A DNA stretch of 64,000 bases, taken from contig NW_024704743.1 in NCBI RefSeq assembly GCF_018977255.1, positions 106,828,001 through 106,892,000 on the forward strand. The letters run 5' to 3'. Both the position numbers and the translations under genes were made by a program. The stretch comes from Callorhinchus milii (lineage: Eukaryota). Under the pieces are notes generated by a model. That model made no database searches. It had not been told where the DNA came from and saw nothing but the letters and a program-made list of their open reading frames with translations. Positions 49,281 to 61,829 of the stretch are shown one piece after another; position 1 is the first letter of the stretch, and each line of letters starts with the position of its first letter.

Positions 49281-50975
49281 TGAAAATGTTAAGATCCCAA
49301 GTCCAATGCTCCACCAATTGTACTACCCAGGATATGCACCATTATACAGAGGTTTATTATTTTCAAATTCAATTTTTCTTCTGACAATGCATCTTTTTAT
49401 TCTAGCTAAGGTTAGACTTTTAAGACTGGCTCTGCTGACTATTATCTGCCTGAAGTATTATCTCTCCCCTTAGTGAAGCCTCCCAGCGTCCTTAATATTG
49501 TGCCTGAAATTCAGCTATTCCTTGTCTGGGAATAATAAAGATGAATCCTTGTTCATATCACTTTATATCACAACAACAAGTAGGATGCACCATTCCAGGG
49601 AGAGAGTTCACACTCCATTCCAGACACAGGAAAATTTCCATAGCAAGTGGCATTCATATGAGGAAGTCTCAATCTGATCTGGATACTCTGAAGCATGGTG
49701 ATGAGTTTCCACATGTGACAGACATGTGGCCGACAAAAAAAATTACACTCAAGCATTTATACTACGGTGTTCTTGTTCGAGCACTTTTCAACCTCAGTGT
49801 TCAGAATTGTTTTGCTGCACTAGGTAATAGGCATTATCACCTTCTGCTTGTTCCTCCTATCAATGTGTCAATCGTTCCGTAAAAATTATTTTAAAAGACA
49901 CATACAACTCGTTAGGTAACCAAAGTTAAAATTCAGCCACCACTTTGCAGTAACTGAGAGCTAAAACAAATCATTTTGCACTCAGCACAAAGGTCTAAAA
50001 ATAACCATTGTTAATCATTCGCTGCCTAATAACCTTTAGGAAATATGAATCAAACTCTGAGGTAAGCTTGTCATCCACTTTTCCATTGGAAGCACTTAAC
50101 TTTTATTGGTCTGAATCAAGACATTTTCCCAAGGTATCACATTAAAGACAATAATGTCCTCCAGCACCTGGTGCAGCACAATCAAGTCATAAGAGAGGAA
50201 CAAAATTCACCATGAAATAATATTTTTTGTTGTTGCCATTCATTTTATTGCAACAGGATTTATTGCAACAATTTATTACAATAATTGGGCGTATAGATGT
50301 TTCAAAAATCATTAACTCCACGGGTGTTTCACATTATTTTCGATACCGATTGTTTTGTAATGGTACAGACATTGGAAACAATGGTCGCCTTGGGAAAGGT
50401 AACCCTACCTTACATTAAGTCACATAAAGTTCCAAAGAGACAAATACAGCAGTCTGGGGAAAGGACTGCAAGGATTGCTCTTGAGGGAGCAAGCACAGAT
50501 CAATGGGCCAAATGGCCTTCTGTGCTGTATATTTCTGTGGTTCTATTGGTATTAGGCTATGGGAATAGTTCATTTTGGCCCAACTAATTTTTGCTGGTCT
50601 TTACATTCCACACAATCCCCCAACCCTTCTCTTAATCATTTTAATCTTAATCATTTTAATCTTAATCACTCATGCCTCTCTATTCCCTTCTCCCTCGTGT
50701 ACATATCAAATGCACTCAAACAGATTAATAAAAATTGCTTCAACTACAGATTCAACTAAAGTTCCACTACGATCTGAGTGAAGAAGTTCCTCCCAAACTA
50801 TTTGAGTGATTGTTTGAAGGAAGGGAAGGTATGAAGATGGGCATTGGGAGTAAACTGCAGTTTGGAAAGGATATTTGAGGTTTAGAAGCATTATCAAGAA
50901 ATCCTGTTAAGAAATACCGCAAAGTATACCCTAAGCGGTCACAGTTTTAGTCAGAAGTGATAATATTAATAATTG

Positions 50976-51109
50976 CAAAACGCAAAATACCGCAGATGCT
51001 GGAAATCTGAAAACAAAAACAGAAGTCGCTCGGAACACTCAGCAGGTCAGGGCAGCATCTACGGAGAAAGGAAAGTGAGTCAACATTTTGGGTCCATGAC
51101 CCTTCGTCA
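50976..51109 (-). mobile_element. Penelope-like element terminal fragment with a decayed minimal hammerhead core
   Basis: Minus strand reads TGACGAAGGGTCATGGACCCAAAATGTTGACTC...TCTCCGTAGATGCTGCCCTGACCTGCTGAG; a second diverged copy lies at 58603-58697. Confidence 0.65.
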
Positions 51110-53734
51110 TTGCATTTGATATAGGGCCTACAAAATATATGCCCACAAATATAGTCAATTCACTTTACAGTATATTCTGTGAAGCACTTTCAGACATCTC
51201 AAAGACGTGATAAGGCGCGATATCAAATACAAGGATTATTATTATTATTACAACAGTATGCACCTCAAAGTGCTTCAGCAGAAATTGCTGTCAGGTGTAG
51301 TTACTGTATACTAGTAGGCAAACAGATTAGCCTGTTTGTGCATGGCAGGATCCCTCAAGCACCCATGAATGAATGATCAATTAATCTGGAAGATTGGCGG
51401 CAAAGGCACTGGGAAAAACACTCTTCTCTTTTCAAGTAGTATTATAGAATATTTAATGTTCACCAGAACAGGAAGGCAGGACCTTGGTTTAATGTCTTAT
51501 CCAAAGGATGCTGCAGATCATTGCTCCATCTGGCCTCTAACTTCACAAAAGTTTCCTTTGACATGTCTTTCTCATCATCTAATAATCCTTAATCCTTGTC
51601 ATTTCCAGATATATCCCTAGTTCCTTTTTGTAACATTTTATAGTTCCTAAATGAATTTGGATAAGTTTGCTAGTGTGATACTCCAGAGAAAGAGAAACTT
51701 GCTGATTTAACACAGTAATTGTTAATATAACTATATTTGTTTCATTGGAAGTTATAAGCAGTGAGCATCATCCGAACCTTGTAATATCTTCAGTTCAATC
51801 AAACTAAATTGTGATCTTGAACTTTGCGAAGAAAATGGAAATGAATAAATGGAAAAGGCAATTTATTCATGAATAATAATTTCTGGAAGGAACATTTGAA
51901 ATATTAACCTTGCTTTACAAAAAGCATGATGCAATGGATATTTATGGAACAGTAAATCAATTCCTAACATTATGACTCACACTGAACAAATCACAAAAAA
52001 TATGATACAATAAAAATTTACAAGTTTATAGTGCCTTTTGCATCAGGAGGACATCCCAAGGTGCTGGACAGTTGAGGGCTTGCACCCGAGATGGGTGTGG
52101 GACCTTTGGGGCTGGGGTGTGGGGGTGGACAAATCTGGCCAAAAGCACAATCTTGAGGCGGACCTTGAAGGAGACAAGAGAAAGGCTGAGCTGTAAGGAC
52201 TCTGGGGTGGAGTGTCAGAGAGTGGGAGCAGATATGCTGAAAAGCTGACTGCTGATGGTGTGTGTGTGTGGGGGGAGGAGTTCTGCGCCCAATAGGGGTG
52301 GTGTTTGCCCAGCAGGTTCCCATGCAAAGCTCGATTCCAGGGCTCCTGAATCCAATTTCCAACCTTGTCTGCGGCGCTTCGAATGCCTTTATAAAGACAG
52401 CCCTTGCATTTGGTACAGGCCATTCACTGTGTGTGAGCCAACAAGTAACTGAGTCATGACTGCAGGGTTGCCCTGGCTGCCTCGGGGTCCCCATACATGG
52501 ATAACAACATAATACTTTTGTTACAAGTAACATGCACGTCTGATTTTCTGAACATGAAACTTGTGCATTGTATGTTTTGTTGTAGGATTTGAGTTGCTAA
52601 TGTTAAAGTGGATGAAAACAGACTATGAAGGGAAATGGTTGTTCCAAACTGAGTGTAATTCCTGCAAAAGGGATCTGGAGATTAATAGCACTGATTTTTA
52701 CTAATAGCTTCAGTTTGTTTTATCATTGTCTCATTATACACTGGTTTTAATCTGGCGGTGCCCCAGGATCAAATGTTAATCTCACTGAAAGAAACCAGAA
52801 AGAGGTTGGTATTACAATGGGGATATCACACTGGCTCTTCTCATTTTAGGGACCAAAATGCATTGGTTGGGACAGAATAGCTGGCTCTAATGTGCCTCGC
52901 AGAGGAGTGTTTGATCCTGGTATTGACATCTGAAATGGAAACATCTACCATTGCCCAGCACCAATATTCTTCACAAAAATTGACCAAGAAAAAAATATGA
53001 TACTATAATTTATCTACCATGGGATGTTGGCAATTTTTTTCAATGAACCAATGGTACGAGGAATCATAGATACCTGGAAGTGATTACAAGACAGTAATCT
53101 AATCGAGTGGTTCATATGTTGTTATGAAGCATGAGAGTGAAGCTCGACTAGTTTTTGTGGTTCGGACAGTAATCTGAACCACAAGATTGAATTGCTATCC
53201 AGCAATCATGCCAGAGTTAGCTATTATTTTTGATAGTGTACACTGTACACATTATGAGCTCATTTTATTCAAATTAAAGCCAACTTTCAATCTGAAGCAG
53301 TTCTCAGCGTGCCACAACTAACACAATAGGCTGTACAGTGACTTGCATATAAAACTTATCATAAAAAAAGTGATAAAGAGTTATGATATTATTGAGATCA
53401 CATTTCATATCCTTGTGACCCAGAGATGAGAGTGCTATCAACAGAGCCAAGTAGGTACAATTTTCTCTTTTGTGTTGCATTAGGTAAAGTCATTACACAA
53501 TGATACATGAGGCAGAGCAGAGGAAGTAAACAAAATCGTGCATTTGGTATAGCGCCTTTCATGTTAGGAGCATTTAATAATAATAATAATTCTTGTATTC
53601 GATATAGTGCCTCACATCATTGAGATGTCTTAAAGTGCTTTATAGAATATATTGTAAAGTGGATTGACTGTGTGGTTTGTAGGTGAAACTCAAAGTGATA
53701 TCTCAAAGTGCTTCACAGGATTTACTATAAAACA

Positions 53735-54660
53735 AAAGTAAAATTACATTTGTAAAGTGCCTTTCATGTTGGGAGGATGTCCCAAGGCGCTGGACGGACA
53801 GAGGAGGGTCTTGAGATGGGTCTTGAAGGTGGCAAGGGAGGGTTGATGCAGAGGGACTGTGGGATTGAGTTCCAGAGGGTGGGTGCAGAGTGACGGACAG
53901 CCCACCCGCCAATAGTGGTGCAAGCAAGGCGGAGGATGTAAAACAGGCCGGAGCCCGCTGAGCGGAGGGAGCGAACATGATGGTAGGGGATTAGGATTTC
54001 GCAGAGGTAGGGGGGAGCAAGACCGTGGAGGGCTTTGAAGGTGAGGACCAGGATCTTGAACTGCATCCTCTGCTTCATGGGAAGCCAGTGGAGTAAGGCA
54101 AGGATGGGGGTGATAGGGTCGCAGAGCCTAGTGTGGGAGAGGACACAGGTTGCAGAGTTCTGGATGGTCTGCAGCCTGTGGAGGGAGGAGTTGGGGAGGC
54201 CAACAAGTAATGAGTTTGCATAATCGAGCCTCAATGTAATGAAGGTGTGTATGAGGGTTTCGGCGGCCTGCGGTGTGAGACAGTGGCTGAGCCGGGCGAC
54301 GTTGCGGAGGTGGGGGAAGTCAGACCGGGTCATGGTGAAGATGTGGAGTAGAAAGGGGAGTTGAGGGTCCACCAAGACCCCAAGTTTCCGGACTGGCTTA
54401 GTAAAGTGGAGTGTGCAACCATGGATGGTGATGCTGTCAGCGCCTGAGTTGAGGAGGTGCTGACGGGAGCCAATCAGGAGAGCCTCGGTCTTGCTGGCAT
54501 TCAACTGAAGAAAGTTAGCTCTCATCCAGGGCTTGATGTCTGACAGACATTCTGTCAGGACAGCAGTGGTCCTGGAGTCAAGGGTGGAGCAGCGGGGTAG
54601 AGTTGGGTGTCATCCGCATACATGTGGAAGTTGACCCCATTTCTGTGGATGATATCACCC
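53735..54660 (-). mobile_element. L2 LINE 3' portion
   Basis: ORF 53764-54525 is the L2 C-terminus; FHMYADDT at ~54610-54630. Confidence 0.94.
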
Positions 54661-54824
54661 AGACTGAATGCAGTGACTGTGTATTTTGTGGCCGAATCAG
54701 GCAACCAAAGAGCCATGTTTTTCTGGCTCTGAAGCTTATTTCATTTTTGCACAAATATTTGGCAAAATACCTCTGAGGAAGCTCTGGAGGAGAGGGATGC
54801 ATGAATCTCCCTTCAGAAAAGGTT

Positions 54825-55650
54825 TCAACAACAACAACAACAACCATAACAAAATTACTTTTGTATAGCAGCTTTCACGTCTGGAGGACGTCCCAAGGCG
54901 CTGGACAGACAGAGTTATGGACCCGAGCTGAAGGTCGGGGTGGGGGAGGGTGGAGGGCAGGAAGGGAAGCAGGGAGATCTAAAGCACAGTCAAAGAGGAG
55001 GGTCTTGAGGTGAGTCTTGAAGGTAGCGAGGGAGGGGGCGAGATGGAAGGACTGCGGGATGGAGTTCCGGATGATGGGTGCAGAGTAGCGGAATGCCCGC
55101 CCCCCGATAGTGGGGTGAGCAAGGCGGGATATGTGAAGTAGCCAACAACAACAACAACATGCATATGCACTTATATTATGCCCTCCATGCAGTATGGCTT
55201 CTCAGAGTGCTTAACAGTGGCAAAGCCTGACTCCATATCAGAGGGATTGAGGGAGAGTGTTCCGGAATTTCAGGGCATCATGGCTGAAGGTGCGACCTCT
55301 GATGGTGGGACCCTCGGAGGGTGTGAGGGATGAGTAGGAGCCAGTGCCAGTCGAGTGGATTGGGGAGTGAGGAGTTTGGAGAGATGCCTAGATGCCAGAG
55401 AGTGAAGGGATTTGAACGTGAGTGTGAGGGTCTTGAAGTTGATCCTTTCATTGATCGGGGAGCTGATCAACAATCTGGAGCTGAACTGGTGAGATGTGGG
55501 TATAGAGTTTGGTTTGGGAAAGTATGGAAAAGTTTCAAAAACTTGCATGAGCCTTAGATGACAACAACAACAACAAATTGCATTCATATAGCGGCTTTCA
55601 TGTCAGGAGGACGATCCATGACGCTGGATTTGGACCCGAGCTGGGGATTT
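54825..55650 (-). mobile_element. Stack of three L2 3' fragments
   Basis: Three (CAA)n tails at ~54827, ~55143 and ~55561, each followed on + by the reverse complement of an L2 terminus. Confidence 0.8.
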
Positions 55651-56779
55651 GAATTGGCGATGGTGGAAGGGAAGGATTTGAAAATATGGCTGGTCTGAAA
55701 AGTGCTGCCTGCGTTGCCATTCAAATTCTGCACAGGAATGGCAGGGTACCAGGAGGTTCTCTGAATCTGATAGGAAGCTGAAGTAACGGACATTGAAAAT
55801 ATCAGATTCAGAGAAAAGAAGAAAGCGAGCAACGTTTAAAATCATCGCAGATGAAAATAGGTGACTTAGAAAACCATTCATGTACAAAGAATATCAGAGT
55901 GGTAAGTCTCCCCAAGGGTGTTGAGGAGAGAAATGCAATTAAATGGAAATGTGGACTCTGCAAGTGTTACAGATGGAGGGATTAGAAACTAATCTTGCAG
56001 AGAGCCCAAGTCCAAGCTCCCCAACCTGGCACTGAAATTGTCCTAGAGCGATTGGTAGATATTTGAGGTATTGAGGTCATGATGTCTTCAAAATGTTATG
56101 AAGTTTTTTTTCTGTTGCTTATTTTAAGGAGGAAATTGTTTATGGTGAACTGAGGTTTATATTTTTCTCTGAGCTGTCATTCAAAGCATTGAAGTGAAGT
56201 TGTTAAAGACGTTAAAACACAACAGATAACTTGGGATCTGTCAGAATAATTTACCCACCAAATATTTGCAGAACGTAGATGAATTATTTCCCCTCAGTTT
56301 TCTTTCTTCTTTTCTTAGACTGGTACAAGGATATGTCCCGAAGGTTCCTGTACTCAGTTAAGTGATCATTCGTCATGTGTAAGTGTAGATAGTGAGTGTC
56401 ATGATGCTATCTCATCATGGTAAGTAGCATAGCCAAGCCAGAGCTTACCATAACTCTGGCTCGACTTTGCTACATCAAGCTTGACTGGCGTGACTTACTG
56501 CATCATTATGGGATATAATACATAGGTAGTTTGAGGCATATGTGCATGCGTCCACCAGGAAGGTGGCAGGCAAACTAGATGGACCTTGATCTCTTTTTCG
56601 CCTAGCATTTCCTATGTTCTTATGTTCTTATAGCTGTTACAATTCAATAAAATGTACATAGCGCCTTTCACGTTGGGAGGATATACCAACAACTTCAATT
56701 ATGTAGGACCCTTCATAACAATAATCCTTGCATTTGATAGATAATAATTTAATAATTATCCTTGCATTTGATAAATAAT

Positions 56780-57152
56780 AATATAATAATAATGCTTGCA
56801 TTTGATGTAGTGCCTTATCACATCATTGAGATGTCTCAAAGTGCTTCTCAGAATATACTGTAAAGTGAATTGACTATATTTTGTGGGCGAAATGCGGCAG
56901 TAGATTGTGCACAGCAGTGTGCCACAAACAGTCATGGATTGAGTGACCAAATTATATTTTTTTAAGCGATTATTATCTTACCCCTGGAAAAGCAATCCAC
57001 CAATCAATTAACAACCAGGTTCCTACAACTTCTAGGCAAACAGAGGGGTGTGGAGTAAGAAAACTTGCCTAACATTTCGCCCTACCCGGGAATCGAACCC
57101 GGGTCTCTCGCTTATGAGGCGAGTGTTCTAACCAATCCACTACAGGACTTCA
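56780..57152 (-). mobile_element. Long-form tRNA SINE with CORE-like segment
   Basis: Head CTCGCCTCATAAGCGAGAGACCCGGGTTCGATTCCCGG; CORE-like block retained. Confidence 0.88.
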
Positions 57153-58898
57153 TGGAAGGTAGGGTCTCGGAGTGTTGACAGCTATTGATTCTCATCCTAA
57201 ATATTACTTATTTAATAGTATATTATTTATTTTGCCAATTTATAAAATATGCAATATTATGTGGTAAGGTCAGCTTTGAGATGTTAGCTCGGCAGACTAT
57301 GGCTTTGTTCTGTGTATGACAAGGATGGAAGTCTGCACAAATTGGTGCCACATTTGCCTGCAAAATACACCCTCATTCCACTTTACAGTAAATCCTGTGA
57401 AGCATTTAAGACATCCTCCCAATGTGAAAGGCACTGTATCAAATGTAAGGATTATTATTTTTAATTAGGTGCTGTGAGTACAGTCACAGATGCCTCTCAC
57501 ACTGAGCTGCTGACTCTCTGTGTGGAGAATTTTGAACTTGGAAGTTATGCTAAGATGCACAGCTTGATGAAGTTGACTTTTCTTTAAAACAACCTAAGAA
57601 CTGGGGAGGAGCCAGCTGTGTAATTATGGAGAATGCCAAAAGGATTACTAATCCTACTAAAAGATTGCATTTCTTCAGCAAATTAAACTTCCAGACTGTG
57701 CAAGAGTAATGCTACAAGAAACCAATCTTATGGATTGCGCAGCAAAAATATTGTAGAGAAGTTGCATATGCAAGAAAATTCACATTTTATATTACGGATT
57801 CAAAATCAAAGATGTAAGCAACTTGAAAAATAGGCGAGTGCATCATCTTCTTTGTGAATGGACTCAAGTTGTCCAGTTAAGCTGCCTTTTTACCGAACTT
57901 GGTGAAAAATGCCCTTTGGACAGTAATTCTGCAGGACAAAGACAACACTGAAAACTAAGCAGCAGTTATTTCAATACAAACCGAGACACGGCACTGATAT
58001 TTCATAAATCTTTCCAATCTGGTCCTTTGGAATGTACAGGCCTGGAAGAAAGACTGCTTACTCTGAGAGGTTGTTTGAATTCTATTGGGTATTAATGGTA
58101 AATGCAAGTATACTCCAAACACAGATTAGGGGAAGGAGGTGGTGGTTGTGGGGGGGTGGGGGGGGGCTATAAATTTGTAATAAGTGCCTTTCTTACAAAG
58201 TTTCTACACTTGAAACAAGGAAATTGGAAACCAATTTTAGACATTATTTTTCATGAAACGAGTCTTATTTTTGAAGGTTGTAATAATATGCTAATAATAA
58301 TCCTGATAGTTCGTATGACACCTATTGTTGAAAGTCTCAAAGCACTTTGCAGGCAATTGATGTCAAGTGTAAGTGTATATTTTGTTGTGCGCGATTGGCT
58401 GCCGTGTCTTGCCCACAAAATATAGTCAATTCACTTTACGGTATATTCTGTGAAGCACTTGGAGACGTCTGGAAGATGTGATAAGGCGCTGTATCAAATG
58501 CAAGGAATATTATTATATTTGTAGGTAGACAGCAGTCAATTTGTGTACAACAATGTGGGTAAACAAGGAAACAATTTTGTCCCATCTTTGTTTCTATTTA
58601 GTATAAACACAGAAGTCACTGGTAACATGCAGCAAAGTCAGGAAGCATCCATGGAGAGAGGAAAATTAGTTAACATTTCAGATCATTGTTTCTATCAATT
58701 TGGCTATAGGGCAACGACAGCTAATATTCAAAGCTGTGATAACATCAAGGGGTAAAGGGTTGGTGCGCTATACAAAAGTTTACCATGAGTGGGGAGATCA
58801 AGGGAAGTTAACATCAGCTGACTACTGCGTGAAAGACGCTATATAAATGCAAATTGTTGTTGTGGTTCTTGTTGAATTTTCTGGTCCTAATCCTTCTT

Positions 58899-58915
58899 CA
58901 GCGCCATCTACTGTT
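58899..58915 (-). promoter_or_regulatory. Candidate CTCF binding motif
   Basis: Minus strand AACAGTAGATGGCGCTG is one mismatch from the CCAGTAGATGGCGCTG-type core, with the CpG retained. Confidence 0.45.
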
Positions 58916-60075
58916 AGTGACAGTCAGACATGGCGATGTTCTTCACGTTTGATTAGCAGATTTACCACCACAGCTCGCACTTGAACACTGGCCACTTGGG
59001 CAGAGTACAAGAGGGCAGCCAGGGATTGTGGAACCAAACCCCAGCAAGAGGAGGTCAGAGTAGGAGAGGATAGGCATATGCTAGGGGGAGAAGATTAGAA
59101 AAATAATTAGACATTAAACTTGTAATGAAAGTTGACAAAAAGTTCACTATGTACATGAAAACCATTCATTTTTGTATCTGACTGTTTATCTGCCACGTGT
59201 ATTAGCCTTCTAATTAGAGTTAGGGTTAGGGTTACTGTGGCGCGATTTAGTTATTTTCCAGTTGGAATGTACCAAGTCCAAATCTAAGGTAATAAAGTTC
59301 TCATTTTTATTGGGGTTAATCGAAATAACTTCATGTTAATGTTCCATGCTTTCACAGATCTGGAGGATGTTGTTATCTCAGAAGAATGTTCAAAACCTGA
59401 CAGAGTTTTGTCAGATGGTACTGTGGCATTATCAGCACGGGGTCCTGTTCCCATTGCCAGTGATGCCTACATTTGCATACTTGTTTTCAATTAAAATGAT
59501 CTCAGTGACTATTATCTGGAGGCCTTTCAGAATTCTTATTTTAAAGATGAAAGCACATCTTTCTGGATAGTGAATTAGGCAAGGCAGGAGTTCTTGAACG
59601 TAGAGGCCTACAGAAATGGTTCAAGAGAATAGAAAGGCACATCATTAATATCACTAGAAAAATTGTTGGTTTGCTCAGTCAATCTCACTTTAGCTAAACT
59701 GCCAGAGAGCACTCTGAATTAGGCCTATTGCTTATAGCTACATATATATATTAGTGTACCATGTGTTTGATACTGCAAAGTATTTGCTAAAGATTTTGGT
59801 ATTGCTTACTGCATTCACTACTTTGGAATAATGGTGTGGTGATTATTAATGTTTTGCCCACAAAACACACAGTCACTAAACTTAACAGTGTATCCTATGA
59901 AGCGCTTTGAGATGTCTCGAAGACATGATAAGGCACTATATCAAATGCAAGGATTATTATTATTATTATTTGTTTGTGTCACTGGTGAATCTGTGTGGAA
60001 CATTACGTTTTCTGCACTCATTTCTGTATGTTTGTATAATGTAGGCTGTGTAGGAATCAAATTATTTTTTGTAGC

Positions 60076-60195
60076 AATGATATAGGTTTACGTAGGAATG
60101 ATATACATTTATGTAATAATGATATTGGTTTGAGTACGAATGATATATGTTTATGTAGGAACGATATTAGTTTGTGCAGGATTGATGTAGGTTTC
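60076..60195. repeat. Degenerate 21-bp minisatellite, ~6 units
   Basis: Consensus AATGATATAGGTTTATGTAGG; units start at 60076, 60097, 60118, 60139, 60160, 60181. Confidence 0.85.
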
Positions 60196-61124
60196 CTATT
60201 CTCATTTCTGATACTTGGATACAAACCTCACTTTGTTTCCATGTTTTAATCTTTTTTTGTTGGCAAATGTCAGTTCACTCTGGAAGGCTTTGATGGTGTG
60301 TGAGGGATCTCAATGTGGCAGCTAACTTGAAACAGATGGGAAAAAAATCTGCAATAAGAAAACTGAATCCTTGCTGAAAGCCAGATTAAAACTGATTCGT
60401 TTTGAAATGCTAACCAGAATTTCCCATACCTTACAAGTGAATTATGTAGGATAGGGATCTAAATGGGAAAAGATGGGATCTATTGGAGATGTCAGAAAGA
60501 GCAGACATTTTAAGTCCCAAATAATAAAAGTACAAGACGTCTGGCATCAAATCTTCAACATCATTCCCTCCTGATTCAAGATACAATATTCTTCAACTTG
60601 ATTGAGAAAAAACACATATTGTAAAACCGATACAGAGGTGTGCTCATTACTTTAACTAAGAAAGTAATTCTAATTGGATGAATATGATTTGGATCATCGT
60701 GAAGTTATTCTTTAAAGAACTAAGGCCCTTTTGTAAAAATAAATGGGACTAAAAATCTAGAAAAAAGATTTTTCTCCATTTTCACTGAAGATTTTAGCTG
60801 CCTTTTTTTTCTCTCTCCCCTTTTAGCTCCTTGTTTCTCCTCTATTGGAGTATGATTCCACAGATGCCAGGCTTCTATCTGTATCTCAACTAAGTGGTCA
60901 TTTTTTATCCAGGAGCCTTGGCAATGAGTGTTGACAGTTTACATGACTACAAGCACAAACCTATCTTTACTCAATATCCAGATATGTGCAGAGGTCCCTG
61001 ATTGATCCTAGCTGCAATATTTTGCAGGCAACTAACTTTTTCTTGGTCAGCCAGGTATCTGGCCCATATGGAAGTCCTTAAGAGTAGAATATAATAGATT
61101 CTACATTCATATAGGGCCTTTCAG

Positions 61125-61427
61125 AATAATCCTTGTATTTGATATAGTGCCTTTCACATCTAGGCGTCTCAAAGCGCTTCACAGAATATACTATAAAGTG
61201 AATTGACTATATTTGTGGGTGAAACACGGCAGCTAATTGCGCACAGCAGCGTCCCACAAACAGTCGTAGATTGTGTGACCAAATTATTATTTTATTTATT
61301 TATTTTCTTGAGGGATTATTATCAGGTGTGTGGAGGAAAGAAACTTGCCCAAGATTTCACCCAGGCATCAAACCCAGGTCTCTTGCTCGCAAGGCAAGTG
61401 CTGTAACCACTGAGCTACAGGCCTCCA
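61125..61427 (-). mobile_element. Short-form tRNA SINE, moderately diverged
   Basis: Colinear with 32735-33056. Confidence 0.87.
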
Positions 61428-61577
61428 TGTCAGGAGGATGTCTCAAAGTGCTTAAGTATCCAAACCAGACTGAGAGTTCCATGTATATATGTCACCTACA
61501 CATGCAAATTTCCCTGTTTCTGGGATTGAATGCACACTCTCTCCCTGGAGGGACCCTGCTTACGAAATTCCAGAGCG

Positions 61578-61579
<2 letters not shown>

Positions 61580-61618
<39 letters not shown>
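61580..61618. repeat. (TAA)n microsatellite
   Basis: About 13 perfect units. Confidence 0.95.
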
Positions 61619-61619
<1 letters not shown>

Positions 61620-61829
61620 TAGACCAAGGTTGGCGAGAGCCAAGACTTGGGGGCCAAGAAGGTGCATTGAGGGTACTGCTGCAATTTAACCAGCGAAAAC
61701 TACGTATATTACCATTGAAGGCACACTTCCTACTGCTCATCCAGCGAGTACCATGCTTTGATTTTTGGCTTGCAGCATTAACAGGAGCCAAGTCGGAAGA
61801 ATCCCTGGTCCTCATGGCTTGTCTGCCCT

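Noticed and set aside
53155..53184. Iron-responsive element or pre-miRNA
   Set aside because: The loop is CAGUAA rather than CAGUGN, there is no bulged C, and the stem is too short for a pre-miRNA
60076..60195. CRISPR-like array
   Set aside because: Contiguous degenerate 21-mers without unique spacers, in eukaryotic DNA
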